The notes under the pieces were generated by a model, which saw only the letters and a program-made list of their open reading frames with translations, did not search any database and was not told the origin of the DNA. The position numbers and the translations under genes were made by a program. Positions 23,526 to 36,487 of a DNA stretch of 64,000 nucleotides are shown here, piece after piece. This DNA is from Moniliella sp. 'wahieum' (Eukaryota): the NCBI GenBank assembly GCA_003971905.1, contig RSEE01000042.1, positions 248,001 through 312,000 of the forward strand, given 5' to 3'. How positions within the stretch are numbered: the stretch's first letter is position 1; every line of letters starts with the position of its first letter.

Positions 23526-26513
23526 ATGCCTCACAACACCTCTTCCGAGCGTAGCCTTGCCTCCACCAGCGAAGGCACGCCCAGCTCCCTGCGCTACCCA
23601 CTCGACCCCTCCATCCTCGCCACACCTGCCAGCACTGTTGATGCAGACTATGAACAACTTCCCCCTTCGGCCGGACCCAAGAACGGCGCCTGTGTTTCCG
23701 ACCCCACGGCAGCCCTTCCAAGCGCCATGTCCGTCGAGGCTATTCCGCTTGGGAGCTCGACCCGCTACGATGCTTCATCTTCCAACCCTCTATCCTCCCG
23801 TGCCACCCCCCTCTGCTACGAGGATTGTAGTAGCGGCAACACTTTTACCTCTTTTAGCGCTTCCAGCTTTACATCCTCCAAAGAAGAGGGTACCTACCAC
23901 CCGTCTCCAACGCAACTTGCGCCTGTCACCTTCGGTCCCACCCTTCTTCCTATTGAGCATGGCTCGGAGAAAACGAGGAAAACGAGAACGGAGGCGCGCA
24001 AGGCATCAGGTCAAAACCTAGAGTTGGCCAACCAATCTTTTTGTCCCTCGAGCTACAGCAAGGGCATGCTTTCACCGTACCGCGAAAGCAGCTTCCTTTC
24101 CATGAATTCCTCTCCCGTTCAGCCTCAAATCCTGTGTCTCTAGGCTCGCCCATCTCTCCCGTCTCTCCAGGTTCGCCCGCCTCGCCCATGGGGGCCAACC
24201 TCAGTAATGGGGTTGGAAATGCTATGTCCCCGACTCGAAGGGAGCCACGGGCTCATCGTGCTCCAGCTTTGGACGATACACCCGTGTCGCCCACTACGGC
24301 GGAAGCGCTTGAAAAAGAGGTACGCGAGAGCCTGGACTGGTTGTATGATGAGTTGTCATCTAGCGAAGCGAATGGCGATTCTGGACTGCCCGATCTACCG
24401 GAAGCCAGCTCGTTTATCTCCTCATCAGCTCTGTTGGCTTCTCCCGCTTGCTTTGGTCCGCGTCGTCATCCCAACTCTCGCACTGGTCCTCCTTTTCAAA
24501 CAGCATTGTCCTTTGGTAGTATGCAGCAAGGGCGGAAACAGTTGAGGCGAGCAAATCGTCCTCCGTCCATTCGCATCTCACACAATCCTGACGCCCAAAG
24601 TCGAGATTGGCTGACACGGACATGCACGTTCCCAGCCGCACCCCTTCCATTAAACAATCCAATACCTGCTTCGTCCCCCCCGTCCCCAGCATGGACTCCA
24701 ACTGCCAAACTGCCCAAGCCCGACCAATAAGACAATCAAACGCAGTGTACGGTTCGCCTCTCCTCGCGGGCAAAAGCACGTTCCCCTTCCAGGAGAAGGC
24801 AAGGGTTTCTTGCACTCGGACCTGTTGTCGCGATGGTTGAACGAATCGACAGCCAGCTCAGACCCTCAGGCTTTCGGCATACCCTCTCTACATGCCTTGC
24901 ATCCGTCTCGCACATCAATGGCATCCAAGAGCTCTTCTCTTCCCCTCAAGACAGGTCCTACTTCGCCTGTCACACCCCGAACGAGCAAAAGGAGACAATG
25001 GAGCAGAAAGGGCGTATGGCCACCCCGTGTGCACCACCATCATCCAGTCGACTTGATACAACCGTCCACAGTGATACTCCTAAGAGTTTGGTCGGCTCGC
25101 TGCCACCAATTGAGTCCAAGCCCTTATCTTTTTCCCCATCTACGGCCAGTCACACCATGGGAAGCAGTGCCGCCCCTCTCTCGACGACCCCGGTCTCTTC
25201 GCAGTCTACCACCCGAATCACTGCCCCGTCATTCCCTAAAAACCCTAAGGCATTGCGTTCGAGTAGAGTAATGCGTCGAACAAGCGCAAAAGCGGACCTA
25301 GGTCAGGTCAAGGAAAGTAAGGTGGACACCGCCATCCCCACGGATCAAGAGCTGAGTGGCATGAGTTGCGGCACCGTGGATCCGATTCGGAGTTGGTTCA
25401 CCCCGTGCGCCAATCTGGCTCCAGTTCCCCCCTGAGAATGTCCCATGCGGCCCTGCATCGCCCATCGTATCCTTTACCACACAGGGAGGCCAGACGGATA
25501 CGGCCACGGCTAGCGAACCCCGAGGGAGAAGGCGCCAAACTCACCCATAAACTATAATTCCCATTCCCATCCCGGTCAAGTTGCCTCTGGGCGGACCACG
25601 GGGCGCGTGGGGGTGGATCGCATGAAGCGTTTGGGTAGGTTCCATTCTGCCGAGTCTCTGAGGACCAAGTTGGAGTCGACTCGGGCTCGTATGATACACA
25701 TGATGGGGGCACAAAGCCACTGAGAGCAACGGTGACTCCCTCGAACCGAACGGGTTTGGTCCCAACCGTGTTGACGGTCGTCCCAGCGGACCTGAGCAGC
25801 CTCATGGCGGCTCCTAGTCCAACAGAGCACAAAAGAAACCAGAAAGGTGACCACAGCTTGCGCTCCATACGCTCTCATCGCCACAACTCCTTGAACCCCG
25901 AATCCTACGACAATACGCCGAAAGGTTCTGCACCCAATATACAGCCTCCTTCCTCCCCAGCTTTCCTCCACCATAGCCCTCCTTCGCCTGTCTATCTCCG
26001 CACCCAGCCCTTTTCCTTGGACCTTCCGGAAGCAGGAAAAAGCGCCACATCGCTCCTCTCGTCAGTGACGAATCGGTTTGATACGTTGCCCTCGCGCATT
26101 CGGTCGCGCCCGTCGGGCTTGAGCAGTAGCATCCGCTCCTCGGCTCCCATTCGGCGGCCCGACGTGATCGCCGCGTCTGATGCAATTGGGGGCAGCGAAC
26201 ACCATAATGATGCTCACCGCTCTGCACCTCCCGGGGTGGGGATGCACGCTTCAATCTGGAGTATATGACATGGTCCATCGCCAATAACCCAATGGTGGGC
26301 CGCACGGCCAACGCCCTTTCACTTTCACCCGCTCCTCCAGTCGCGGCCAGTGGACCGGATTTCAACCGATCCCACCCCCCCGTCACTTCTACTTACTTGC
26401 GTGTTGTCCGCACGGCTGCTGAAGAGGCACCAACCAAGCGTACCTCGCTGCGGCCAGCGTCCTTGGTCGGACCCAATCTGCGCTCCGTTTCGGTCGGATC
26501 GCTGTTAAACTGA
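23526..26513 (+). CDS. Hypothetical Ser/Pro-rich, probably disordered protein (chain of frameshifted ORFs)
   Basis: Overlapping plus-strand ORFs 23526-24143, 24041-24730, 24833-25435, 25732-26268 and 26265-26513 share the same low-complexity composition. Pyrimidine-rich leader upstream. No domain recognised. Confidence 0.5.
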
Positions 26514-27072
26514 GTGGGGTCGCATGCACTTGCAACGGCCGCGCTGTTTCTTTTTTACTCGCACTCTCTTGGCGCCTTGGGGCGCTCATCTCCCACATAT
26601 CATCCTACTCCCCCACGATCGTTATCCAGTCTATACCACAGTCTTTGGCCCCTTGACTCCGAGGGGCACCTCTCAGTTCATTCGTCTCCCAGTCTCACCC
26701 ACTACGCTCATTGTATCGCGAGTTTTGTTGTCCCGGATTCTTGGCCTCTCGGAAGTGACCCAAACTCCTGGATCGGTGCCTGTACCGGCCCATTCCTCAC
26801 ATGTTTCGTCCATGTGTTCGGCTTTCGACCTTCCCGCCCCCATGTTTTCCCCAGTATCCTGGCAGAATTGAATAGGTTGGGTGTCTCCGAATAGCAGCTA
26901 TACCTGGCGTGGGAGGTACGACAGGGTTTGGTCAAGTCAATAGGCTCAAGGATGGCCCAGACAGGACGAGACGACGTCCAAGTAGCATGAGCGCGGGCAT
27001 CGTAGAGAATCGAATCGAATCGGGCAAGCGTTGCAGGGCCCGTCTCCCAACCAAAAAATAGCACGAAAGCGA

Positions 27073-28300
27073 CTACTCCTCCCCTCATCAAGCAGTACGA
27101 CACGGCCAACTCGACGTTTTTGCCACAAACAAAGTACGCTTCAATCGCTTTTCTTGAGGGATGCCCATCGAAGTGATGGTCTCAATGTGCTCGGTCCTCG
27201 GGTTCCAACGAGTCAAACGTGGGCAAATCCATCGACTCCATTCCCTCCGGCTGGAACCTTGGAGCAACCGCAGTAGTTCGGCGGGTGGAATGCAGCGCCT
27301 GAGCAAGTTGGGGGTTGTGTCGGCCAAAGCCTGCACCAGAGGTTGTAGCGCGGCGGGATTCTCCTCGGCCAGAGTCTGGAGTTGCCTCAGCATGGCTGGG
27401 TCGCCCAAATCCAAGACTTCTTGACCATCCTCATCCAGTCACCTCCAAACGGTCCCCAATCCCTGCCTGTGCCGCCTGCGCTGCTGCGTCTCAAAGAGGT
27501 TACCGGGTGTGCGTGCGGGGGCCGCGGGGGGGGTGGAGTGGTTGGGGTGGAGGAGACAGGGTGATGGGGTGTCAGCAGTTCAGGGGCCCCCGACACTTCG
27601 GGGTAGCCCATCATCAGGTATTCCACGGCACGATCAGGGTTGTGTACGATGCACGCAGCGCCCGTTTTACCTCGGATCGCGGGAAACCCCCATCTCCAAC
27701 GATATGTCCTCGGCTCACGCAAGGCCGAGCCCGCCAAAAACTCGTTGTACCCGGCTGCGGCGCAGGAGGAGTGCATTCCAGGCGTAGCCATCTCGCTTGA
27801 CGAGGTGGGAGCAGAGGCAGGATTAGGCGCGGAAGCAGAGTCTACTCCATCCGTTCTACATCCGAGGACTTGGGTTCCGTGTCCGGTGCGGCCGATGCGT
27901 CTGGGGCAGACTTGGTGTCGGCCTTAGTCTCAGGCTCCTCGGCGGGGTGCCTTTTGTTCGGGGGCAGCAGGCGGAGGGGGGGGCTTGGCAGCTGCCTTGG
28001 CGGGTTTGGGCTTGGATACCATCGAGACGAGAAAGTCCTTCTCGTGGATGTTGCATGCCTCGACAGTTTGCTCGTTGCTGAGGATCTTGCCGGCAAAAAT
28101 GATCTTTTGGTTCTCGACAGGGTGGCCCTTGGCTGCGGTAATCTTTCCTTGACGGTTAGGATCTGGCGGGGAAGCAAGCAAGACAGGGTTCAGCAGCCAC
28201 GAGCAATGGCAGACACGCAAGGACACCAACGCACTGTATCGCAGGGCTCGGCATTGACGATGTAGGTGCCGCCAGTGAGGGCCTTGATGGTGAGCTGCAT
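27073..28300 (-). CDS. RAD23: UV excision repair / ubiquitin receptor Rad23 (UBL-UBA-XPCB-UBA); intron ~28164-28235, frameshifts
   Basis: UBL MQLTIKAL...TVKEKI...GHPVENQKIIFAGKILSNEQTV..CNIHEKDFLVSMVSKPK. UBA1 ...NPDRAVEYLMMGYPE. XPC-binding LRQLQTLAEENPAALQPLVQAL. UBA2 IETITSMG...AIEAYFVCGKNVELAVSY. Confidence 0.9.
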
Positions 28301-28882
28301 GGTAGCGAGCAAGAGGATGGTTGTTCGTTCCCCGACGCTTGCTTGGTGTTTTGTCCGCCGCCGGGGCTCCAAACACGCCGGTCCACCGCGGTCAACGACA
28401 GTGACGTAACACAGGCTGCCTTGCCTGGAGCGGAAGGTCGTTTGGCATCGGACAGGGTTCGGCATTGGGGCGGTGTGGCCGTCGGTGACATTTGACAGGG
28501 TGAGACCACCGGAGTGATGCCGCTGTCACGCGTCACGTGTCGCATGTCACGTGCAGGGGAGGACTAAGGCCGAGGACTGATACCGAGGAGCTGGTGACGT
28601 TGGGCCAGGCCATGGCCACATGGTCACAATCATCAACCCAGGCCCGGGCCAGCACGCATGCTCGCACTGGAGGGTGAGGCCGGGGGATGCATGACGAAGC
28701 TCGGTGGGTGTGGTGGATATACGGTGGATATCGCCTGCATTATACCACCGTCGTTTTGCCTGTCTTTTTCCCTGGTAGCCGTCGCCCCCACACCCTTTCT
28801 CCCCACCTCCACCGCCTCGGCATCCGCTCGCTCCCGCCTCCTCCAGCTCGTACAGGCTACCCCTCTGCGTCGCCCGCCCACC

Positions 28883-29905
28883 ATGTCCGCCTCGGTCTCT
28901 GCCGTGCCAGCAGCACCATCAACACAAGAGCCCAGCCTCCCCGACGAGAGTTGGGTCAACACCCTGCCCCCGGCAGCCAAGCCCATGGTCCTTACGCGCC
29001 ATGGAACACCGCGGCCACAATGACGCTGGTGGCTGCGAACGTTTCATACCTTCAGCTTTGACTCGTACCATGACGCGCGCCACATGTCTTTCTCGGACCT
29101 GCGTGTGATCAACGAGGACATTGTGGCCAAGGGCACCGGCTTCCCACAGCACTCGCATGCTAACTATGAAATTGTGTGTCCTGCCGCCCCACTCCTTGTG
29201 TGACTCCAAGCTAGTCTGCTGACGCGTCCCGGCAGTTTTCCTATGTTGTCAAGGGTGAGCTAGTACACAAAGACAATCTTGGGAACCTCGAGACGCTCCG
29301 CCGAGGCGGGTGCAGTTTACCAGCGCGGGTAAAGGTATCGAACACAGCGAATACAACGGATCCAAAGCCAAGCCCACCCACTTTATCCAAATTTGGGTCG
29401 CCCCCGATGTTCAACACCGCGCCGCAATACTTTACACGTCGACACTCCCGACCAGTTCAGGCGCGACCGATTGCACACGATCGTCAAGCCCTTGGCCACA
29501 TTTGCTCCCGACCAACTTCCACGCACCAAATTGCTTCCACCTGGGGATGCCATTCCCATCCATGCGTCGCTGGTGTTTCGTTTTGTCTCTTGGCGCCCAA
29601 CAAGTCTATTTCCCATCCTGTGGGGATTGACTCGCCCGCATGGGGAAAGAAGGCACCGGGCGCTGGGTCTACGTTCACCTGGTCGCCACGGGGGGTACAA
29701 AGATCCTCGCAAACCTGCACCACTGGCCAAACAAGACGCACGCCTGCTCCTCCTCGGACCGTACGACGATACCCTGCTCGTCGAGGGAGACGGATGCTAC
29801 ATTAAAAATGTCAAGGTGGGCGAGCGGCTTGAGTTCCAGTCCATTGGCACGCGCGACGCCGAGTTTCTCGTGTTTGATCTGCAAGCACCCAAGGCACGCA
29901 AGTAA
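28883..29905 (+). CDS. Pirin-family cupin (YhhW/quercetin 2,3-dioxygenase-like); intron 29174-29235, frameshifts
   Basis: RGH...[76 protein letters not shown]-terminal AEFLVFDL. Confidence 0.9.
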
Positions 29906-32900
29906 TAACCCCCTCCATAAAGGGCGCCTTGGGCACACTCCAAGTGAGAGTCAGCTTGGCAGCTCGACACGCCTACCCTTTGCAACAACTGTTCTGTCCG
30001 GTCTATCTCTGTAATACGTCATGTGCAACGTCGAATCCCCTCTCTCCACCCGTCCCCGCGTTACCGGCACCCCCCCACCTCAAAGATTATTGTGAGCCGT
30101 TTAATCCGATCGATGCTGCCTAACTAGTGGCGCAACAGTCTGATGGCTATTAGCCTTCTCGCCTACATATCTGCGCCCCCTGCAACTCTTATAGATCGGT
30201 TAATACACAAAGTAGCAGAGGAAATATAGTGCACTGTGTTGCCCCCCCAAGCATACCAATGATTTTTGTTGCGACGTGGTAGAAATGGGTAGTTCGTCCA
30301 GGCCAGTGGCGCGTGCATCTCAGCGCACCGAGAGGCTAAGCCTGCCTGTGCACACGCTCCTCTCATGCTGTCGTTCACACTCCCTCCTGGGTTGCGACCA
30401 CCATTGCACGCTTGCTCTTCTCTCTACTCTACTTCTCAGGAAGATCTGAGAGGAAGCAATGCCCTGTCCACGTAAAATGAACGCATGAGATACAGGCATG
30501 GTGCATGAGCTGTATGCTTGTGTGCCCTGGGCATGAGCGCGCATGCATGAGCGCCACCATGCGCCATGCATATATTGAACGTTGAACGTACGTTGAACGG
30601 TGCAATTAAAGGGCAACAGGTAACGCGTACCGCGCAACGTGTAACAAAATGCACCGCTTATAATAAAGGGTTTTGACGACGCGAGGATACTACGGCACCA
30701 AGACGGCGGGCAAGTTGTTTGCGCATTGGAAGGAGTTGGCTACTAAGTCTCAGTGGAAATGGTTCCTCGCTCGTATGTCAACCACGTTCCTCCGTGTCCA
30801 CACGCGCTTCCTAGGGTACGGGACCGGATGGCGTGAGCCGGAGGGTCCTGATATCCTGGCGATCCCCCTGGTCCCTTAATCTTGGTGGCGCTTCCAAGTA
30901 ACCCCCGCAAGATGAACGGTTTCGGTTTAGACGTAGCGTTCCCCCTGTCCCAGCCTTAAGCTCTGTCAATGGAATGCACACGTAATAAAGGGAACGAAAA
31001 GTGGCTGAGTGGTTACCACGTGGCTACTACGGCTACCAGCAAGCTGCCAGAAGGCCCCAAGCCCCCCGATGGCCCTACGGGTTCAGATGCCGGCTCCGAA
31101 CGGGCGACGCAAGGACAGCCTGGGACAGCAGCAGTTTTTTGCTGGAGGAGGCACTTGCAGCTTTGCAAGCGAGTCGATGGCACCCTGTTGGTCAGCGGGG
31201 CAACTGTGGCCTGTGTCCCACAAATCGTATCGCACCAATCGCAAGAGTACTGTACATATACCTCTCAGATCTCCCCGCACAGGGTTTGTACAGGAGTGGC
31301 TGGAGGGGAATTCTTGCCATGGCCAGCCATGTCAGCGCAGGCCAGCCTGACCGCTCAGCCACGGGTATCGATCGGCGTTTTGGCACACAGGCGATGGCAC
31401 CGGGAGAGTTAGTCGGGCCTAGTACTAATATTGGGGCTCTCGCACCTGATGCCACCGTTCCAAGAGCAAATATTCCAGCCACACCCGATCAACGCCGACG
31501 CCCACTCCCCTCCTCTCCCCCCCAGAAAGCTAGTTGAACATCTGTGTACTGAGGTATACTGTTGTGACAGATCGAGATACTCTAACGCCACTGCAATAAC
31601 TGGAAGTACCGTGACCGGGTGACACGTAAGGCGTAACGTGTATCCCGCGTAACCGCGCGCAACCCCTCCCTCTCCTTGGATGCTCAGATTCAGTATTGAA
31701 GCGCTGAAAGAGGCCTGAGGCCCCTGAGATCAGAGACTTGAGGGCGTGAGGGGCACCGCAGTTTTGAGCTAGGTGGCTCGTGCTTTGGCCAATGTCCCCT
31801 CAGTTCCTCCTCAAGCCTAGGTGTTCCACTGTTTCCACTATCCTGTTTTTCCTCCTTGTCCCGCAGCTTAGCCCCTGTTGGTGACTCGCTTGATGTTCCT
31901 CTGTAGGCATTGCTGGTTGCCACACTACCACCACCACTGCGATTGCATCACACTCTAGAACCATCAGACTACAGGATGAGATCTGAGATCTCATCACGCA
32001 GGTAGTTGCCCACAAGGATGAACTTAGAGAGTAAGAGCGCGGTAACGGCCGTCGGTAACCGGTTACTAATAATATATCCAGAGTAACCATAACCTCTGAC
32101 TAGTGGCTGGTAACATCATGCATATATGTAAGGCCAGACGGACTGTTTTGCACTTGCACACACCATACTCTTCTCTCTGCCCCTTTGGGCCTTAGGCCTT
32201 ACGGACTTACGGACTTACATGTTACGCGTACGCCCATCCTGTGTCGCATGTGCATCATTACGCCAGTGCTTCTCGCTTTGCTTCGTTACTCGGCCACGCC
32301 CCGTCCGCCCCGCCGGGTTCCACCAGGTTCACTCTGTTCGATCCACCCCTGTCGGCCCAGCATCTCAGCCCTCTGTGGCTTCTCTCGGGTTACATATTAC
32401 ATGTTTTCTAAGCGACTTTCTTTCGACGGCACCCCAATGCACAACATCATGCGCGTTTAGCGCATGTTACACTGTGGGCGCACAAATACGCCGGTCACCG
32501 GTCACCACAACCCACATGGCCTTCTAAATGTGAAATTTGACCAGCCCAGGGTGCGCGGTGCGGCAGGGTGCCCCCCACATTCTGCGCTTGGACCCTCCGA
32601 CATGCCTACGTACCGCCCTGCGCCTCCCAGGGCAGTGGTTAGTACTTAGTGGTAGTGCCAGAGAATCAAAATGTCTCCGATTGGGCGTTGAACGTTGCGG
32701 CTGTATGTACATTGGGTATCCTAAGTCTCTTCAGATTCACTTCAGCCTATACCAACTACTCCCAATCTACCTATACCTATGGTCAGCCAGACGGGACATT
32801 CCCATGTGGCTATTCCTCGTAGTAATAGACAAATCCACCATCGTCCATATCCATCACTCGCACCTCTGGCCCCGCACATCTTTTGTGGCTCTGCTCCCAC

Positions 32901-33253
32901 TCCCAACAGACTATACTAGTAGTAGTCTCTCACCCTGTCCATCCTACATCCTACATCCTCCATCCCGCCATACCCACCATACCCACCAATGAGCAGCCTC
33001 GGCCACCACCACCGCCCGCTTCCCCTGCGTACTTTTAGTCCAGCTTCAGTCCCAGCTCCAGCCCCGGTGGCTTCCTTGGCTCTTGCATCCTCCCTGACCC
33101 GTTTGCCACCGCCATGCCTTCCCTTCAACCGCCTCCTGTACCGCCTACCGAGGCGAGCATCAGTCCTTACCCGCCCCCCTGCCACCACAGGACATGGAAC
33201 GACACGCACTGAGAGAGGACCCTGGTTTCTTTCCCCTCTCCTCTTCCTCCGCC

Positions 33254-34352
33254 ATGCTGATGCCCAACAACACGGGCACCTACTCCTCCTTTGCAGCACA
33301 CCTCGCCCCTCACCCTCACGTGCCCAGCCTCATTTCCTGCCCCCCGCGTCCCTCCACTGCCTCCGGACCAATCAGCGAGATGGCAATGCTCCCCCCCGCC
33401 CTTCTCCGATCTTCCAGCCCCTTCGATTGTCGGGACAATGAGCGCAAGTGCAGGTTTGTGCACAAACTCTACAAGATGGTTGAAGAGGCCGAGGGGGATC
33501 CCGGGGCGCACATTGCCTGGAGTGCCACTGGAACCAGTGTCATCATCTCGGACGTGGATGCGTTTACGACCAACTTTTTGGGCCAACACTTAACCACAAC
33601 AACTTCAGCTCCTTCGTTCGCCAGCTCAACATGTACGTCGTCCTTCTTCTCTCTCCTTTCCCTCCGTTGTCGTTTGCAGTGGTCTAATCGCGCGACGGTG
33701 GCAGGTACGGCTTTTACAAGACAACAAAACACTTCGGTCTTCCAAGGCGGCTGGGCAGCCCCAAATGTGGGAGTTTAGTCATCCCCACTTCCGACGGGCC
33801 GGGTAGCCTTGCTAGAGACGATTCGTCGCCGTACGCTCGATTCGGATTCGGGCGGTGGGAGGCTACGCGGGGACTGCAGGCTGACCTGCAGTCTCCTATT
33901 CGCGCGTTGAGGCGCAGGTGAAGGCAATGCACCAAGCCCTCTGGGCCGCCCAAAGGGAAAGTATCGAGCTATGGAACTTTGTCCATCAATTGCACCAATC
34001 TCTCTCTCTCGTCGCCAAGTACAACCACTTGGAGAGTGAGGTAGGCATGCCTATGGTCCCGCCCGCCGCCTCTTCCCCTTCTCATTTCCCCTTGTCCACC
34101 TCCCCTCCCTTTCCCACCGATCCCTTCACCGTTCCCTCTTCCCGTCCGCACCCCGATCAGTCTCGAAACCCGATCGCTGGCCATTCCTTGTCGCCGAGCC
34201 AGCCTCCTGCCAATGGTGACCGTTCTCTCTCCCTTGCACTTTTCTTTTGCACTGTTGTGCCCGCAGCACTCTCTTACCACCAGCGTAACCCTTCTCTTAT
34301 ACAAAATCATTTCCCAGCATGCTGTTACGCTACTATGTGCCTCTCTGTGTAG
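33254..34352 (+). CDS. HSF-type DNA-binding transcription factor (3' end uncertain); intron ~33633-33704
   Basis: FVHKLYKMVE...IAWSATGTSVII.DVDAF...HNNFSSFVRQLNM|YGFYK...WEFSHPHFRR, followed by a short coiled-coil (VKAMHQALWAAQRESIELWNFVHQL). Confidence 0.85.
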
Positions 34353-34442
34353 GCACGTACATGTACCTGTACACGCCACGTTATTCATGTTGGAGGCATG
34401 TGGACGAGGCCCTTGAAGCGCACCCTCCCATTGGAGAGTGCA

Positions 34443-36169
34443 TTACCCCATCGCAGCAGTTACGCGGCATTTTGGCATGCGGCGGAGGCCGGGAGCGCGG
34501 CGGGGCTTTGCGTAGGCTGCGCGGCGAGGGAGCAGGAACAGTAGAAGGGGCTGGGCGCGCAGCGGCAACTGGGTCGCTTGGGGGGCCGTGTCCTTGATAA
34601 GCGTCCTGTGGTCCACCCAGGCAAGCGCAATGTTTTGCCCCAACGTATAAAACGCATTGGCCATCCAGTAAATCAGCACCGCCTACGGTCCCGCAGCCAG
34701 AGTTGAGGGTAGGAAGTTAGTCTCGCCAGGCAGATAAGGAACGAGGGAGGGGGGTGGGGGATGGGACGTACGGAGGGTACTTGGGACGAGACGACAATGA
34801 ACAGATGGACATGGCGCGCATTATGTGGACAGCACGCCTTCCCGCATTTTGGCAGTCAGTGTACCGCTGGGGGTCATGCCCTCGGTCTTGGCAGGTTCCG
34901 AGCTGCGCGTGGACGGGCTCGGGGTTGCGTCAGATTGGGAGCCAAGCAGCTCACTGGGGAACTCTTTCTTGGCTGCGTTCACTGCACCATCGCGGTCCAT
35001 CAGGCGGCGACGGTAGGCACACCTCAGCGGCAACCAGTAGGTCATACCTACAATGATCGACCCAAAACCCGACGTATCCCGCTCCACCAGCCGCGGTCCC
35101 AACTTGGGCCGGAGCAATTCTAACTCTTCGGCCGAAGCACCCTTGTCGGCAACGATCCGCGTCGTTGCTTCAAACTTCTCGATCAGTTCGCTCGACGGGG
35201 CTGCCCAAGGAACGGCGCATACTCCTCTCCCCACGTGTGGGGGGGACGCAGCCGTACCGGATCATGGTGGACATGAGCACGAACAGGGGCACGTTGACCA
35301 AAATCGGGACAAGCACCGTGGCAATGGGATTGCAACGGTATTGCTTCATCAGTTCTTTGGACCGTTCCTTCAACTGTCCCATTTCAATGGAGGACGGATC
35401 AGGTCAGGGCAAGCCACCCCAGGAAGCAGGTCGGGCGGAGAGGGAATGAAAAGGGGAAGAGAAGCAAGGTGGGTAGTTGGTACGTACGGTCTTGCGCACG
35501 CGCAATTGGAGTTCAGCCTGTGAGCCCGAGAGCGCTTCATATCCTTCAAAATGGCAGAAGGAATCTCCTTCCTCGCCTTGTTCCACGCAGGCCAGAATTG
35601 CTGGGTGAGGCGCAACCCGCGCTGGCGCGCCCACAGGATCGACGGGAGCGAGACAAAGGTGCGCAACGCAATCGTCACACCCACAATGGCCAGGGCCGAG
35701 GAAAAGGAGGAGGTGATGCCAAGGGTCTGGGGGAGATCTTGCATCCACTTGGTTAGGGTGGGCAAGAAGGGGATCCAATCCACCATCCATTGCGACGCAT
35801 CGACCAAGACCTGGTCGTGGGCGGCCATGAGGCCCTTGAGCTGCTGCACGGCCTCGTCCGACATTTCGGGCATGCCGGCGGGAGGGGACGGAGCTGCGGC
35901 CGAAGCGGCAGCGCTGGAGGCGTCGGCTGCGGGGCCGGCGGTGCCCGAGGCATGGCGGTGGAAGGCAAGCGGGGCCGAAAGAGCGAGGGCGGGGAGAGGG
36001 TGCTGGGGCGTGCGCCGGGGCGAGCGGCGAGGCGGGTGGAGAGGGGGGGACGAGCAAGGAGGGAGAGGCGGCGGGGCGTGCATGCGGGGGCGGAGTAGGG
36101 TGCGAGGCGGGGGTGGGGGCGGATGCGCACGGGCGCGGGCAGGAGGGTGCGCGCGGCGAAGGACGCCAT
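34443..36169 (-). CDS. COX18: Mitochondrial Oxa1/YidC-family insertase, most like Cox18; introns and frameshifts
   Basis: Arg-rich acid-free presequence MASFAARTLLPAPVRIRPHPRL, AIVGVTIALRTFVSLPSILWARQR, ELMKQYRCNP...ILVNVPLFVLMS, AVLIYWMANAFYTLGQN. Cox18 versus Oxa1 is an inference. Confidence 0.72.
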
Positions 36170-36487
36170 GGGGAGACGCGGCGGAGGGGGCGGCGCGGTG
36201 GGGGCCAAGAAGATGGGAGCGGCTGCCTCGGTGCGCGGCCGGTGCAAGTGGATATGGAACGTTGCGCTGGCCGCTCGCTGCCGCGCACGTGACTGCCGGG
36301 TCACGTGCGCCGGTGCCGGGTGGCTCCTGGTTCCGCCCCCGCCGCCCTGGCGGGTGGGCGGCGCACGGGGCCAGTGTGGGCGGCGGCGGGCGGGTGGTAG
36401 CAGGCTCGCCGGTGTGCTACGCCTCACTCGGCGGGGCTGCGCGGCCACCTCCTGCCATCGTGGAGCTGCCGCTGGACGCCTGCCGCC

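Noticed and set aside
30969..31622. Cluster of 100-180 aa ORFs upstream of the HSF gene
   Set aside because: No recognisable motif, ORFs in several frames, no supporting splice or start context.
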